Part shown: positions 1 through 12,252 of the stretch, piece after piece | Position numbering within the stretch: position 1 is the first letter of the stretch | Layout of the letters: each line of letters begins with the position of its first letter | NCBI GenBank assembly: GCA_030141605.1 | Contig: JAQGDQ010000511.1 | Coordinates: forward strand, 127,396 to 158,962 | Reading direction: 5' to 3' | Source: Tubiluchus corallicola | Lineage: Eukaryota > Animalia > Priapulida | DNA: 31,567 nucleotides | Translations under genes and position numbers: made by a program | Notes under the pieces: generated by a model | The model's input: the letters and a program-made list of their open reading frames with translations, nothing else | What the model was told of the DNA's origin: nothing | Databases searched by the model: none

Positions 1-58
1 GGTCTCTTATAAGCGAGTGTCCCTTATAAGCGAGTACCTTATACCCGAGGTTGAATGT
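1..58. mobile_element. Right end of a non-autonomous DNA transposon (Tc1/mariner-pogo-type MITE), truncated by window edge
   Basis: Repeated CTTATAAGCGAGT subterminal motifs ending in CCCGAGGTTGAATGT, which resembles the reverse of the CAGTCAACCTCG..ATAAG type of MITE terminus. The partner TIR is outside the window. Confidence 0.45.
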
Positions 59-693
59 TTGAGAAAAAAATGTCACATTGGGAATGAATTGTTTACATGA
101 TCACCAATTCCCAACTTACAGTGCACTTTACATAACGTGTCAAACAATTGTAGAAGCTCTCTGTGACTTGTGTAAATTTAAAAACTCATCTCTGAGATGA
201 ATCTTGTCTTTCATTTTTAATGTTCATCAAGTCGTATCTTAACTTATGCCTCTAATATTTCTGAGGTGAATCATAGATACAATAAACTACGATAACTCAA
301 GCTGGTATAGCTCGAATTCTTGCATATCTCAAAAATAGACCTCGTTTAACGATGGAACGCATTTCCCTACCAAACAGTGTGTAACTCGAAACCGAATTCC
401 AGGTACAATTCTTAAGAATCTGATTGAAATTACCTCGCCTATCTAGAACAGCCTCGCAAGAAGTCCTACATGAGAGTGTACACCACATTATGATTTTACC
501 TGCTGGTTTCAGCAAAAATGCTAATGGTTACTTTCAAAAAAACTGCCGTTTGGTATTTGATTAAATGCACAGTTTGTCATTTTCACAGGCTGTAGTGTAT
601 TATCTGACTTTGATGAGTGACTCGATCTTGTTTTCTTACGAACATACGTCTAACTCGTACCTTTGCAAAGGTATAACTCGCAAAAGAATTTCC

Positions 694-753
694 TGGACCG
701 AGATGTTCCAGTTATATAGTTTACTTCGTGGACCGAGATGTTCCAGTTATATA
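694..753. repeat. 25-bp direct repeat, 35-bp period
   Basis: TGGACCGAGATGTTCCAGTTATATA at 694-718 and 729-753. Confidence 0.85.
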
Positions 754-892
754 TATACTTAACATTGTAATAAGATTATGAAATTCTCTTGTTACAGCCA
801 AGAGTTACTTCAACAGTTATGGTGATTTAATGAAGTTATTTATGATGGAACAAACCCACAATTATTGTTACATATTTGAAATGAATTTCAGC

Positions 893-1031
893 CAAAAAGA
901 AGTGTAAAAATAAGCCTGAATTTGAACCACTGATCTTGGAATTGCAAGACTAACGTATTTTTTAGAACTGAATTAAGGTGTGTCTTAATCATGGTTCAAA
1001 TCCAGGCTCATTTCTTTTACATTTCCTTTTG
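893..1031. repeat. Imperfect inverted repeat with B-box-like arms
   Basis: CAAAAAGAAGTGTAAAAATAAGCCTGAATTTGAACCACTGAT (893-934) aligns to the reverse complement of about 988-1031. Each arm carries a GGTTCAAAT(C/T)CAGGCT B-box-like motif. Confidence 0.6.
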
Positions 1032-1388
1032 AATTTTAATGTTTGTAGGTTTTATATCAGTAAATGTGCTCGTTAGAAAATGACAAAATTTTAATTTCAT
1101 AGCGTATGTAGTGTTTTGTAGATGCAAGTAGTTAACTGTTGATAAGACATTTTCAGAGCATGAAGTGTTGTAACAGATTAGAAGCATGGCTGTGTAAATA
1201 TACTCAAGTTTAATAAAGTTGTTATAAAAAAGCGTTTCCTTGTCAAAATGCTTACAAAGCCCAAAATTTTTGCCTGTGAATCATTTTCATTAAATAAACA
1301 GCGGCATTTTGATACTCAAACTTGGAAATTTCTGAATATTTTAAAATCTGATTTCAAAAAAATAAGCAAACTTAGGATTTTTTTTGTT

Positions 1389-1394
1389 TTTATT
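1389..1394 (-). terminator. Probable actin polyadenylation signal AATAAA
   Basis: AATAAA on the minus strand ~370 nt after the actin stop, followed by a U-rich downstream stretch (TTTGCTTATTTTTTT). Confidence 0.6.
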
Positions 1395-1759
1395 ACGAAA
1401 TGTGTACCGAACGCATACATTTTGTACAACTGATGCAACTTATACCGAACATCTAATTGTATAGTATAGTTTAAATATGAATAACAAACAAAATCGCCCC
1501 TCCTATATTTCAAACAAAAGTTCAGCTGTAACTAAAAGATCTACGGTCGAAAGAAATATTTCGGATTTAAGCTTGTGTCCCATTGATTTCATATCCCAAA
1601 AAATTCCAATATTTATATTACAGAATATATCACAATACCACAACAGATGGCAGTAACTGTCAGCATTACAAAACCAGTGCAAAGTGAGCAGTTGTGCAGG
1701 CTGCCGTTGTAATGGACACAGCAGTGCCAAACAGGCCGATTGTAGAAAAAAATTCCAGT

Positions 1760-2143
<384 letters not shown>

Positions 2144-2149
2144 CTATTA

Positions 2150-2446
2150 AGCGTGGCAGTTCGTGTACAGGTACTACTGTGGAACTGCAGCACCCCCTAT
2201 TTTCACTCAGTATCATCGATATTCAATACAATTCTTTTTGTTCACAGCAGTGCTTGAAAGCCATGTACCAGCATATTTTTGAACTGTGGCAATTTAGGCT
2301 ATTCATAGCAAAAATTTTTTGTTTACGATTTTATCAAGTTTATGTATGAATTTTGTAGATTTGTTTGTTTAGAATTACAATTACAAATTGCAACATTAAA
2401 ATTACGAAGCAGCACCGTCACTAATTTTAACTACGAGTCGCCACTG
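2150..2446. mobile_element. Degenerate CAGTGGCG-type (hAT-like) MITE in the last actin intron
   Basis: Right end CTACGAGTCGCCACTG, degenerate left end GCGTGGCAGTTCGTG, and GCAGCACC motifs near both ends. No clear TSD. Confidence 0.45.
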
Positions 2447-2489
2447 GTCGCCAATCAAATGTTCACTTGTTTCTTACGAAGACAGTTCA

Positions 2490-2741
<252 letters not shown>

Positions 2742-2842
2742 TCAACTGACAGCCAAAAAACGTGTTCATCAGTTTCACAAATATTGCATTTCAGACAAAT
2801 TTATTCGAAAAGTTCTAGGAGCTCAAAGTAAACTAAATGCTA

Positions 2843-3109
<267 letters not shown>

Positions 3110-3233
3110 CTAGAATAAAGTTCTGTCCAATTAGTAAAAGAATAATGCATAGTACCACTGTTCTAATGCTTCCAATTTTCAGCAAATCAAAATTTCCTCA
3201 AGTCTTCATTATACTACCAAAAACTCAAAACTA

Positions 3234-3506
<273 letters not shown>

Positions 3507-3515
3507 TTATGGAAC

Positions 3516-3608
3516 TAAAACCATGTCAAAATAGTCAGCCAAGCAGTAAAACCATGTCAAAATAGTCAGCCAAGCAGTAAAACCATGTCAAAATAGTCAG
3601 CCAAGCAG
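3516..3608. repeat. 31-bp tandem repeat x3 in actin intron
   Basis: TAAAACCATGTCAAAATAGTCAGCCAAGCAG, three identical copies starting at 3516, 3547 and 3578. Confidence 0.97.
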
Positions 3609-3661
3609 TGCAATTTTCAAAAAAAAGATCTCCTTATTTCACAGTTGTAGCTTGACAATTA

Positions 3662-3853
<192 letters not shown>

Positions 3854-4083
3854 TTAAACTGTAAAAAATATATTTAATAGATCAGTCACTCGTTAAAAAT
3901 AACACGACAAAATCAGCACAGTTGTCTTAAAAGCAAGTCGTTAAAATTTTTAACGAAAACGACTTCGAAAAGGTTTCAAAAAGCTTGCACAAAAAGTGGT
4001 TCCAAATTTTATACCGGTCGCGTTGAAATAGTTGTACACAACAACAATTCAGCATAAAGTCAAATCTATATATCACCTTAAAA

Positions 4084-4263
4084 ACTTACTGAAGTATAAG
4101 GAGGAGATACTAAACTAAACTATTTCGATGTTCAGATATAAATGCAACGTTAAGGAGTAACAGTTGACTCACGCTTACTTCCTAGGCACTGAATTATTAA
4201 CTGCCGCAATAGCCAATCAGAACGCAGCTGAGCGGCCGGCATGCAATACATTGCCTTTTTTGG
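4084..4263 (-). promoter_or_regulatory. Candidate proximal actin promoter plus short alternative first exon (~4116/4111-4090)
   Basis: CArG CCTTTTTTGG 4254-4263, CCAAT box AGCCAATCAG 4211-4220, TATA-like CATTTATAT ~4145-4137, Inr-like TTAGT ~30 nt downstream, donor CA|GTAAGT at 4089-4084. Confidence 0.5.
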
Positions 4264-4394
4264 TCATGCATGTGTGCAGGCGTTACCAGCCAGTCGACGG
4301 CTCACGTACATTCCTAGAGCAAGCTGAACGATCGACTTTGAACTAGAGTTCTGTTGCTGAGCCTGTTATGCACGCCTGTCTAGTTGACTTCAAA

Positions 4395-4472
4395 CCATAT
4401 TAGGTCATAATAAAACGCACGAACAACGTTTACAAAGTCGGATATGTGATAGTAATAAGCCACCTAATAAGG
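4395..4472. promoter_or_regulatory. Two perfect CArG (SRF) boxes
   Basis: CCATATTAGG 4395-4404 (same decamer as the c-fos SRE core) and CCTAATAAGG 4463-4472; both fit CC(A/T)6GG. Confidence 0.75.
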
Positions 4473-4605
4473 CGAGTTTCGGAACTCGAACAAATATTGA
4501 TCATATCGGCTTATTTCCTCTGACGAGTCGATTATATCGTTGCAAGTAGTATCTGGCGGAGAAAAACAGCAGTACTTGCCTACAAAACTTTAATAAATTA
4601 AAAAC

Positions 4606-4802
4606 ACTTACCCAAGTTACCGGAACACGCTCCTCAACAGATAGCAACAGAGATGGAATCAACAGGGTGGGACGGCGCACAGCGTTTTTATAGGCTTCTT
4701 ACGCATGCGCGCAGATTTTTGGCGCCAAATAGGGTGTATTCAGCGCGTCGGACTACTCTTGGACATGCACAGGCTACTTGGTTGGAAGCTGAAACCGGTT
4801 TC
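4606..4802 (-). promoter_or_regulatory. Distal actin promoter plus non-coding first exon (~4660-4612)
   Basis: TATAAAA 4692-4686, NRF1-like GCGCATGCG ~4702-4710, CArG-like CCAAATAGGG 4725-4734, Grainyhead/CP2-like palindrome GAAACCGGTTTC 4791-4802, donor GG|GTAAGT at 4611. Confidence 0.7.
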
Positions 4803-6012
4803 CGTTCAGACGCGAGAAACCGGTGCTTATTTAGAATGGAATGGATGTTACACAGCGGCACAGCTTCGCGCTAAATCGGTCAGCGCACATGAAGCCGTTC
4901 ACAATTATGCAGCTATGTTAAGCGCTGCAGTAAAGGTCCAAACGAAGCCAGCTTTTTAGCGATTGTCATAAATTTTTACTGTAGAAACTATTTTTACACG
5001 CGCTCGCTTGATACGTTATCGGTGAATGTACATGCATTTTATTTAAGACCGGTTGCACGGAAGTAGAGGACGAATTATAATTTGTTAATAAATGTACCGA
5101 CGATAAAATTTTCATACAGTAATTATACAAAACTGTTTCGAAATCAACACTGGTTTCATTACCAGTTACAGATACTTCTACACCATTAAAATTTGATTTA
5201 AAAAACTAATGTTTTAAAATAAAATTTAACTGACAGCGAATTCTTTTTACATTTCGTTTGGATTTCATTGTAAGTAACTGACGTAGTAAATCAGTTGATT
5301 TTGAAATGTCCGTGTAATATAAACACGTTTATTTTTGATAGTTTTATTTATAATGTATTTTACTCATTTTGTATCAAAGGTAACTAATTTCAATAAGACT
5401 AAGCTTTTCAAACGGTTTGGTAAAGATTAATTAAACAAGAAAAATAAACATTTTTCGAGGCGTCCGCCTGTGAATGGGGTCAATGTGGCGCTTAAAAAAC
5501 TATTCTGTCCAGGAGCAGTTTTAAGCTAAGTTGACAGATTTCTTCAAATTGGGCTCCGTGCCAACATCAGACGTTCGAGTCAACGACCTATGATGGAATT
5601 AATGAGTGACCAGTGTCCACGAAGTTTCTTGATACTGTGAAAGCAGGGAAACCATTCAGTCTGATATCGTATATCTACATTTGAAATGTATTCTTGCTGA
5701 TCGTTTGTTTACTTGTTTTGCAATTTCAGTTTACCGTCTCTAGAAGGTACATGAATAAACAGTATGTCAGTAATTGTATTGACTTGCAATAAAACATTAA
5801 ATATTTCATACAAGTTTTCAATTTCTAGTACATATTGTGGCTAATGGCGGAGCCTCAAGTCCTCAAAGCTTTTTGCCTGGGAGTGGCGTACTACACGAAA
5901 AATAAAAGATGTCAACCTTCAGCTTTTTCAGGGTAGAGGGCGCCACTAACAATTTTCTAATTGGGCAAAGCATTCTGTCTAGTGTTTATAATAATCAACC
6001 ACAGAAGCACAG

Positions 6013-6175
<163 letters not shown>

Positions 6176-6949
6176 ATTAATTAATTAATTTATTTATTTA
6201 TTTAAAAACAAATATACAAGCAGGTTTCCCTCTGTTTGTAGGGAGCATAGAGGAAGCACCGTTCTTAGAATGCAGAGGTCCCTATTTTCAGCCGAGGCTG
6301 ATTTTCAGCATTTGCTAAAAATTCATTAAATTCATTGAGGCACGTCTAAAAGAATTACAAACTTTGCATCAAATCCCACAGTTTATTAGAACTTATTTCG
6401 TCTTATCATATATATTCAATAAATATGGCAGATATGTTTCAGTTCCAGGATGTGATTATTATAAATTAAAAAAGCGAACTACACGAGTCACTTATGTAAC
6501 ATTACTTATGTAAATTAAATACTATATGTGTATGTAGCGACCTTAAATTTGTTTTTATGTTTATCTATGTTGTACCATTGGGTTTATACGTTAAAGTTTG
6601 ATGTTCTGTCTTTAGTTTAAGTTATTGAATTTAACGTGTATCACTGTATTCTTATTAACGTAGTGTGTGTTTTTTGTAGCGTTATACATGTATGTATTTA
6701 TATTTTTGTAAACAGTGTACGTACTGTGTTGAATTGCAATTGTAATTACCCAATATGTTAAATATATTTATGTATATGATGAATTAATTTAGTATAAAAA
6801 CAACACGATAGATTATTGGCTAATAGACAAACTTTTGAATTGAACAGATAAATTTTTAGTTATTCGGCACTTTGGTCACGTAAAGAAAAAAATAATAACG
6901 AATTTGCAGGAAGGGTGTCGAGAACAATTCGCCCTATGATCTTCTAGTC

Positions 6950-7286
6950 TAGGGGTTCTCAACCCTTGGGGGGGGGGATGAGCCACCTCCAGGGGGGGGG
7001 GAACGAATGGGTGGAAAAATAAAAATAAAAAATATGTAGAAAAGCAGAGAAAAAAGTTCAGATAGGCTTCAGAAAAGTTCAGAAAATCGTGCCCTCACAA
7101 CAGGAGCAAGAGTCACATTGAATGTGGTGACCACAGATTGTATTATTATTCATGAATAAAAAAATGTTGAAATAAAAAATGAATTTAAAAAAATGCATTT
7201 TTCATTTTGTTTGTGGGCAAGGGAGGGGACGAGAATCAGCAGCTTTCAAAAGGGGGGAAGGGGTCAAAAAAGGTTGTGAACCATTG
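6950..7286. mobile_element. hAT-Charlie-type MITE with perfect 8-bp TSD
   Basis: TIRs TAGGGGTTCTCAACC and GGTTGTGAACCATTG. TSD TTCTAGTC at 6942-6949 and 7287-7294, close to the Charlie NTCTAGAN target preference. Confidence 0.9.
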
Positions 7287-7538
7287 TTCTAGTCAGTCAG
7301 TTACTGCATTGTTTATTGATTTAGAAGAGATAAATTTAATTATAAATACAAGAAAAAACACAATAATAAACGGACTAGACATAAACAATAACTTAAACAT
7401 AGGCATAAAGGACGGATAAAAAATGCAGAAGATAAAGTAGGGCCCTGACTGCCTATTTTCTTAGACATCAGAAATGCCTATGAATAAGTGATTTCTAATT
7501 TTAACCTACATGGTGCCTGGAATGTGCTGCAAGTAAAC

Positions 7539-7875
7539 CAGTGGCGTAGCTAATAGGGGACCAAGGGGGGTGCAACCGCTCCAATTCAATTCAACTCCTC
7601 TCGAATACCGACTCTCCCGAGCACCCCTTTCAAAGAGCTGCCACCTTTTCAACAATTTCTTTAACTCTCTAGTTCGTTTGTGAGATAAAAGTGGAATCTT
7701 TATTTTTTATTTTTTTAATCCTATGCTCTTGGAAAATTTTTTGGAGTCATTGCTTTATTTACATACTTCCTATATATGATTTTATACACAAAATTAAAAC
7801 GTATAATAAATGCGCTAAAAATTGTTTGGCATGCGTGCTTGCTCCCCCTAACCTTAGAGCCTAGCTACGCCCCTG
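7539..7875. mobile_element. CAGTGGCG-type (hAT-like) MITE
   Basis: TIRs CAGTGGCGTAGCTA and TAGCTACGCCCCTG (13/14 match). TSD is decayed. Confidence 0.8.
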
Positions 7876-8053
7876 TCTAAAACTATGTTCGCTAAGATCA
7901 CAGCATTTGTTCTCGCGTGGTTACCTTAACTTACCTAGCCAAGTTCCTAGAAGATATAGGGTTAACGTTTAAAGTTTAAAAACTTCGTCTTGAAACTTTA
8001 TACCACGTACGTGCTGCCTTTTTGCTTACGGGCTTGCATCGGCAGTAACGCTG

Positions 8054-8360
8054 TATAAAACTTGTAAACGCCCGCGATGACCATTAGACGCAGCCATTTT
8101 GACGGTAAGTCATTTGAAACAAGTTTAGATAACATTTTGTAAAGTTTGAAAAAATGATCAGAGCATTCGTAGAGCGCACGTCACTAACTAATTAAAATTT
8201 AGAATTACTGTACCTTGTCAATAAGATTAAAAATACGTTTTTTGCTGGTGAGTGGTGCACCCTGGAGGGTGAGTCAGCGACATTTTACCAATTGGTGAAA
8301 ACATTTTAAATAACTAATTATTTTCTTATCTAGTTACATAAGTGTTTCAAGCAGGTAAGC
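8054..8360 (+). promoter_or_regulatory. Candidate orphan promoter with two short spliced exons (~8083-8104, 8334-8354)
   Basis: TATAAAA 8054, CCATT Inr-like with A at 8083, YY1-like GCCATTTT 8093-8100, donor G|GTAAGT 8105. Then branch ACTAAT 8313-8318, polypyrimidine tract, TAG 8331-8333, a 21-nt exon and CAG|GTAAGC. Confidence 0.45.
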
Positions 8361-10336
8361 GAAATGCTAAGTAACATAACTTTGCTTGGAAAGGTTTTTG
8401 GGACATAGTTTAACATTTCAGTTTCTTCCCTTGATTTAAGTTGTGCGTATATGACGTCATATAATGGCGCGGACGGAACACCTGTTTAAAATGAAAACAG
8501 ACAAAAATTCCTTTTAATGCGAGTACGATATACGCATAAAATTGCAATAAAGTAATATAATTTTTAAGCAATATAACCTACTTCAGGTACCCCTTTTCAA
8601 GTATACCTTTAACGAACAACAACAATTAACATAACTCAGCACAAAAATTGCAAGTATTTAGTCTCTCTTTTAACATACAGACGATTTTTGTTTTATTAAT
8701 GCAACAGCGATGGCTATATCCATGAAAAATAAAAAATAGAAAAATAAAAATCAAAAACAAAACACACACAGATTTATTTTTATACGTAGATATCAAAATT
8801 TGAAGTGGCAAAAATTGGTCTGACGTTAATAGACGCACTCTGTATCTGACAATGCAACTCACAAAGTAGGTGCAGCTAACAGGACGCGCGCAAAAAACCG
8901 CGCGGTTTCAGTGTGAAACGAACTTTATTGCTGCGTGGCTTTTCGAGAAATAATCTCAAATTTTTTGCATTTTGTGGTTTTCAGACAGTTACCACGTGGG
9001 TCACTTTCCTTGCGTTCTCACTGTGATACAAGCCTTAGAAGCCATGCGCTCTATAAATAGACAAGTTGAGATGACCTCGCTGGCTTCAGTCCACAGCATC
9101 TGAAAAACACCCGGCTGGCAAGAAATGTGAGATCTTAAAAGAAGACAGGATGATTTTTCATATACTACCCATTTTCAAGTCCGATAAAAAGTATACATTT
9201 TAACACAATTAATACTGCAAAAGCGTTTCTGATAATTAAATAATGGATTAAAATCTTAATGAACGGCGAGCGAGCCTAACTACTGATGACATCACAAACT
9301 AACATAATTTTCAACAGCAAAAATATTCCACGGGCGTGTTGCTCGTGTTTGTGAAAGTGAAAATTGAAGTACAGTGCTACTGTAAGATATTCAGTGTGTT
9401 GTACTAAAACTAGACAAGTTTTAAGAAAAAATTCAAGTTTCAAATTTACCACTGTGTTTACGCATTAGCAGTCGAACGTGTGCAATGCGTCACAAGCTAA
9501 CACATCTGAACTGAGAGGTACAACACCTGTTTTTTCGTGCAATGCGTTTCCAAAATGGAGGCGCTGGTGCCCGTCTAACTAGCGTATGGCGAAATGCATG
9601 TTACAGCGAAGAACTAGTGGCGCGAACGTGAAATTGTGTTTGTGTAGTAATAATTCTTTTATGTAAGTCATTTTTGACTAAGCTACACATCTTTGGTAGT
9701 TTAATTACTGAGAATTTTGCTAATACAGAAACTGGTGAAGTCTGCCCTGGTTTTTTCTACATTGCAAACTACTTTAATTACACTGGAGACAAAATATATT
9801 AATAATTTGTGCGTGTACCTGGTTCGTAAACCTACTCCACGGCTATTAACAAAATCACAATTTACATGCAGGCGCCAAATGTGAGTGAAAATGACTTATT
9901 TATGATTATCAGTATAGTTTTGTCAGCACTTCGTGAAAGTGTAGTGTGTCTAATGCCCGAAAGATGGCGCTGTGGCATTAGGTGTGAAAGTTTGAACGAA
10001 TGCGCACAGCAGTTATTACCTCTTGCGGTTGGACTTCTTTGCTGTACAGTAAAATACGCACGTGATCTAATATTAATAATGATGATGATGGTGATGAAGT
10101 TGATCTTCAGCTATTCTCAATAAACATGGCGCTTTCGAACCACAGTTACTGGAAGTTTCCTCCCACAATGTCGACAGAAAAGAGTGTGTACGTAGCGGGA
10201 GTATTATCAATTATCATCATCACTTATCATCACTATACTGTATGTATATTTTAGCTAAATTTCTTAGGAAGAAATTGTTTGAATTATAAGCGGTATTCTA
10301 TCATTATTGCAATGTGTTGAAAAACTAAGTTGAATT

Positions 10337-10619
10337 TTAAACACAGCGGTCCCGACCTACGGTAACGGCACACCTAGAAGGCTGTAGACTAGACGGCAGC
10401 ACTTGAATGTTGCCACGTAGACCTCCTCTGACGTCACTCCATTTCAAAGAGGTACCTTTGTTGGCATCACAACTTGTGGAAAGGAAAGAGACCTCATCAC
10501 GACTCAGCTCCTTGTCAAACAAATTGACGTCAGCAACAACTCCAACAAAACTTTGCGCCGGGTCGAATCCTCCACCTACTACGTCCTGATCTTGACCAAT
10601 CACAAGTGTTCCACCCCCC
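10337..10619 (-). pseudogene. Short pentraxin (CRP/SAP-like), last exon
   Basis: GGGTLVIGQDQDVVGGGFDPAQSFVGVVADVNLFDKELS...SC...G..LKW matches the pentraxin C-half (GQEQD, SF.G, conserved Cys). The exon starts in phase 2 while the upstream exon ends in phase 0. Confidence 0.85.
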
Positions 10620-10661
10620 CTGAAGTTTGAAAAAAATGTATTTGCTTTTTTTTAAGTATAA

Positions 10662-11200
10662 GTTTATTTATTTCCACTCTGCATCTAACAATAATAATAA
10701 AAATACAGATAATTTCACTGAAGTAAATATAAATATAAATGCAGTATTATCCAGAAATTACAAAATGCAGCATATACATGTGCAAATTACATTACAGAAT
10801 AATTTTGATGCATACAGTTTGAGCCTAAAAGCATAGCTTGACAGGCCAAACTGTACGTGGAAATCTTAAAAAAAAGATTAATAATTGAAATAATGATAAT
10901 ATATACATAAAAGTTTGGGGGGGGGGGGGAGTAATGAATGAAAGATGAAATGGAGCGAGAACTAAGAAAAACTGTAATCATGATTATAAAGTGTTCAGTA
11001 ACCTGTTGAGCATAGTCACGTTATATTAAGATTACTGTGAAAAAAGAATGCAGGTGATTACCATTATCAAACTGTGTTACTCTTAATACTTTTGAAATAT
11101 TTCTTTTCTGGCGGTTTTTTAAAAGTTGAAAGGGAGTGACTACATTTTGAATTGCGCCTTAGTCTATTCCATAGCTGCATATTCTTTAGCCTGCAAGGTC
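10662..11200 (-). mobile_element. CR1/L2-group LINE 3' fragment
   Basis: Minus-strand translation near 11180-11115 gives QLWNRLRRNSKCSHSLSTFKK (LWN.L...SL..FKK ORF2 C-terminus). A 3' UTR ends in AAATAAATAAAC at ~10662. Boundaries are approximate. Confidence 0.55.
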
Positions 11201-11408
11201 TTGCAAAGCGACCATACTGTTTTTCGTGCTACAGAGAATGTCTTCCAAAATAATGGACTGAACTATGCTCTCACTGTACAGTATCTGTAGAGATAACAAA
11301 CAACCTAGAACAAATGTAATGAAATTTTTCTTTCGGTTTCTGTAAGTATGTGGTCTCACGTACCCTCAACAAAAAGTCGACCAAAATAGGATTTATTACT
11401 TTGAGCTA

Positions 11409-12100
11409 TAGGGGAGACCCGGGTAAAGTGGGTCACTTTAGGCCGCAACGGTTCTCAAACTTTTTAGAGCGTTAACCCCAAGTCGACCACTCAGTGCCTC
11501 CATTAACCCCCATCTCTACCCCTGGAAGGAAAAATGACTGAAATAATGTAAATTTCAATTTGAAACACTAGTATGCAGTCCCAGATTCCAGGAATTTGAT
11601 TGTGATTGTAACAAGATTGAGAAAGCCACCAACGTGTCAACTAGCTACGTCAGATTCAATAACATTGCGTGGGTGGGGGTAACAATATGCTTTGATCTCA
11701 CTGTGACACTGTCTTTAGGTTCATCGCACGGTCATATCGCTTAATACATCACTCTGCAATCTAATAACAGGCCTGATCTAACAAATAGGTGATTTTTTTC
11801 TTCTGAGTGTAAAGTCCCATTAACCCCCAGAATTGGTGCCATTAACCCCCTGGGGGTTAATTAACCCCCGGTTGAGAAACCCGGTTTTAGGGTTTTCGCT
11901 CATAGGGTTCAAGACGTTTGATCTGTATCAATCAATTACATGCCCTATTCTTCCGTAGGAAACTCTGCTATATTCATGTGGTAAAAACTTATAATTACTA
12001 TTACTCGCTTAACAGATAATTCCGAAATACGAAACCAAAATTTCTAGGGCAAAGTGGATCTTTTACGGGCAGCTCTGCGACAAAAGTGGTGGTCAGGTGA
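11409..12100. mobile_element. Tc1/mariner-pogo-like element left end, interrupted by a hAT MITE
   Basis: TA-GGGGAGACCCGGGTAAAGTGGGTC terminus, with the motif repeated internally as GGGCAAAGTGGATC at 12047-12060. The right end was not found. Confidence 0.45.
11444..11884. mobile_element. hAT-Charlie-type MITE
   Basis: Ends CAACGGTTCTCAAAC and GGTTGAGAAACCCGG, repeated TTAACCCC subterminal motifs, TSD-like CTTTAGGC / TTTTAGGG (6/8). Confidence 0.8.
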
Positions 12101-12252
12101 AAAAATTGAGCACATTTTATTGAGATGAAGCCATTGAGAAATCGTGTCACGCAAGAATTATGTAAGTTGAATTAATTTGTTGCATCAAGCAAAGCTAATT
12201 ATCTAAGCGTGTTTAAGCTGTTCATATAATGGTGTGTCACTACTCATTAGTC

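Noticed and set aside
4520-4550. Hammerhead-like CTGACGA plus hairpin (also CTGATGA at ~2765 and ~9283)
   Set aside because: No correctly placed GAAA box or closing stems.
4653-4959. Plus-strand ORFs upstream of actin
   Set aside because: GC-richer promoter sequence with no recognisable protein similarity or splice context.
8464-8517. MART... micro-ORF resembling the histone H3 N-terminus
   Set aside because: Only four residues match, and the ORF stops after 17 codons.
8263-8846. Mariner-type MITE with ends GAGGGTGAGTC and GACGCACTCTGTA
   Set aside because: The TIR match is weak and there is no TA at the left end. It is not supportable, but it remains an alternative explanation for part of the orphan-transcript region.
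9149-9232. C/D snoRNA candidate (ATGATTT...CTGA, with TACCCATTT resembling a 28S complement)
   Set aside because: The C box has two mismatches, the guide match is only 9 nt and is not adjacent to a D/D' box, and there is no terminal stem.
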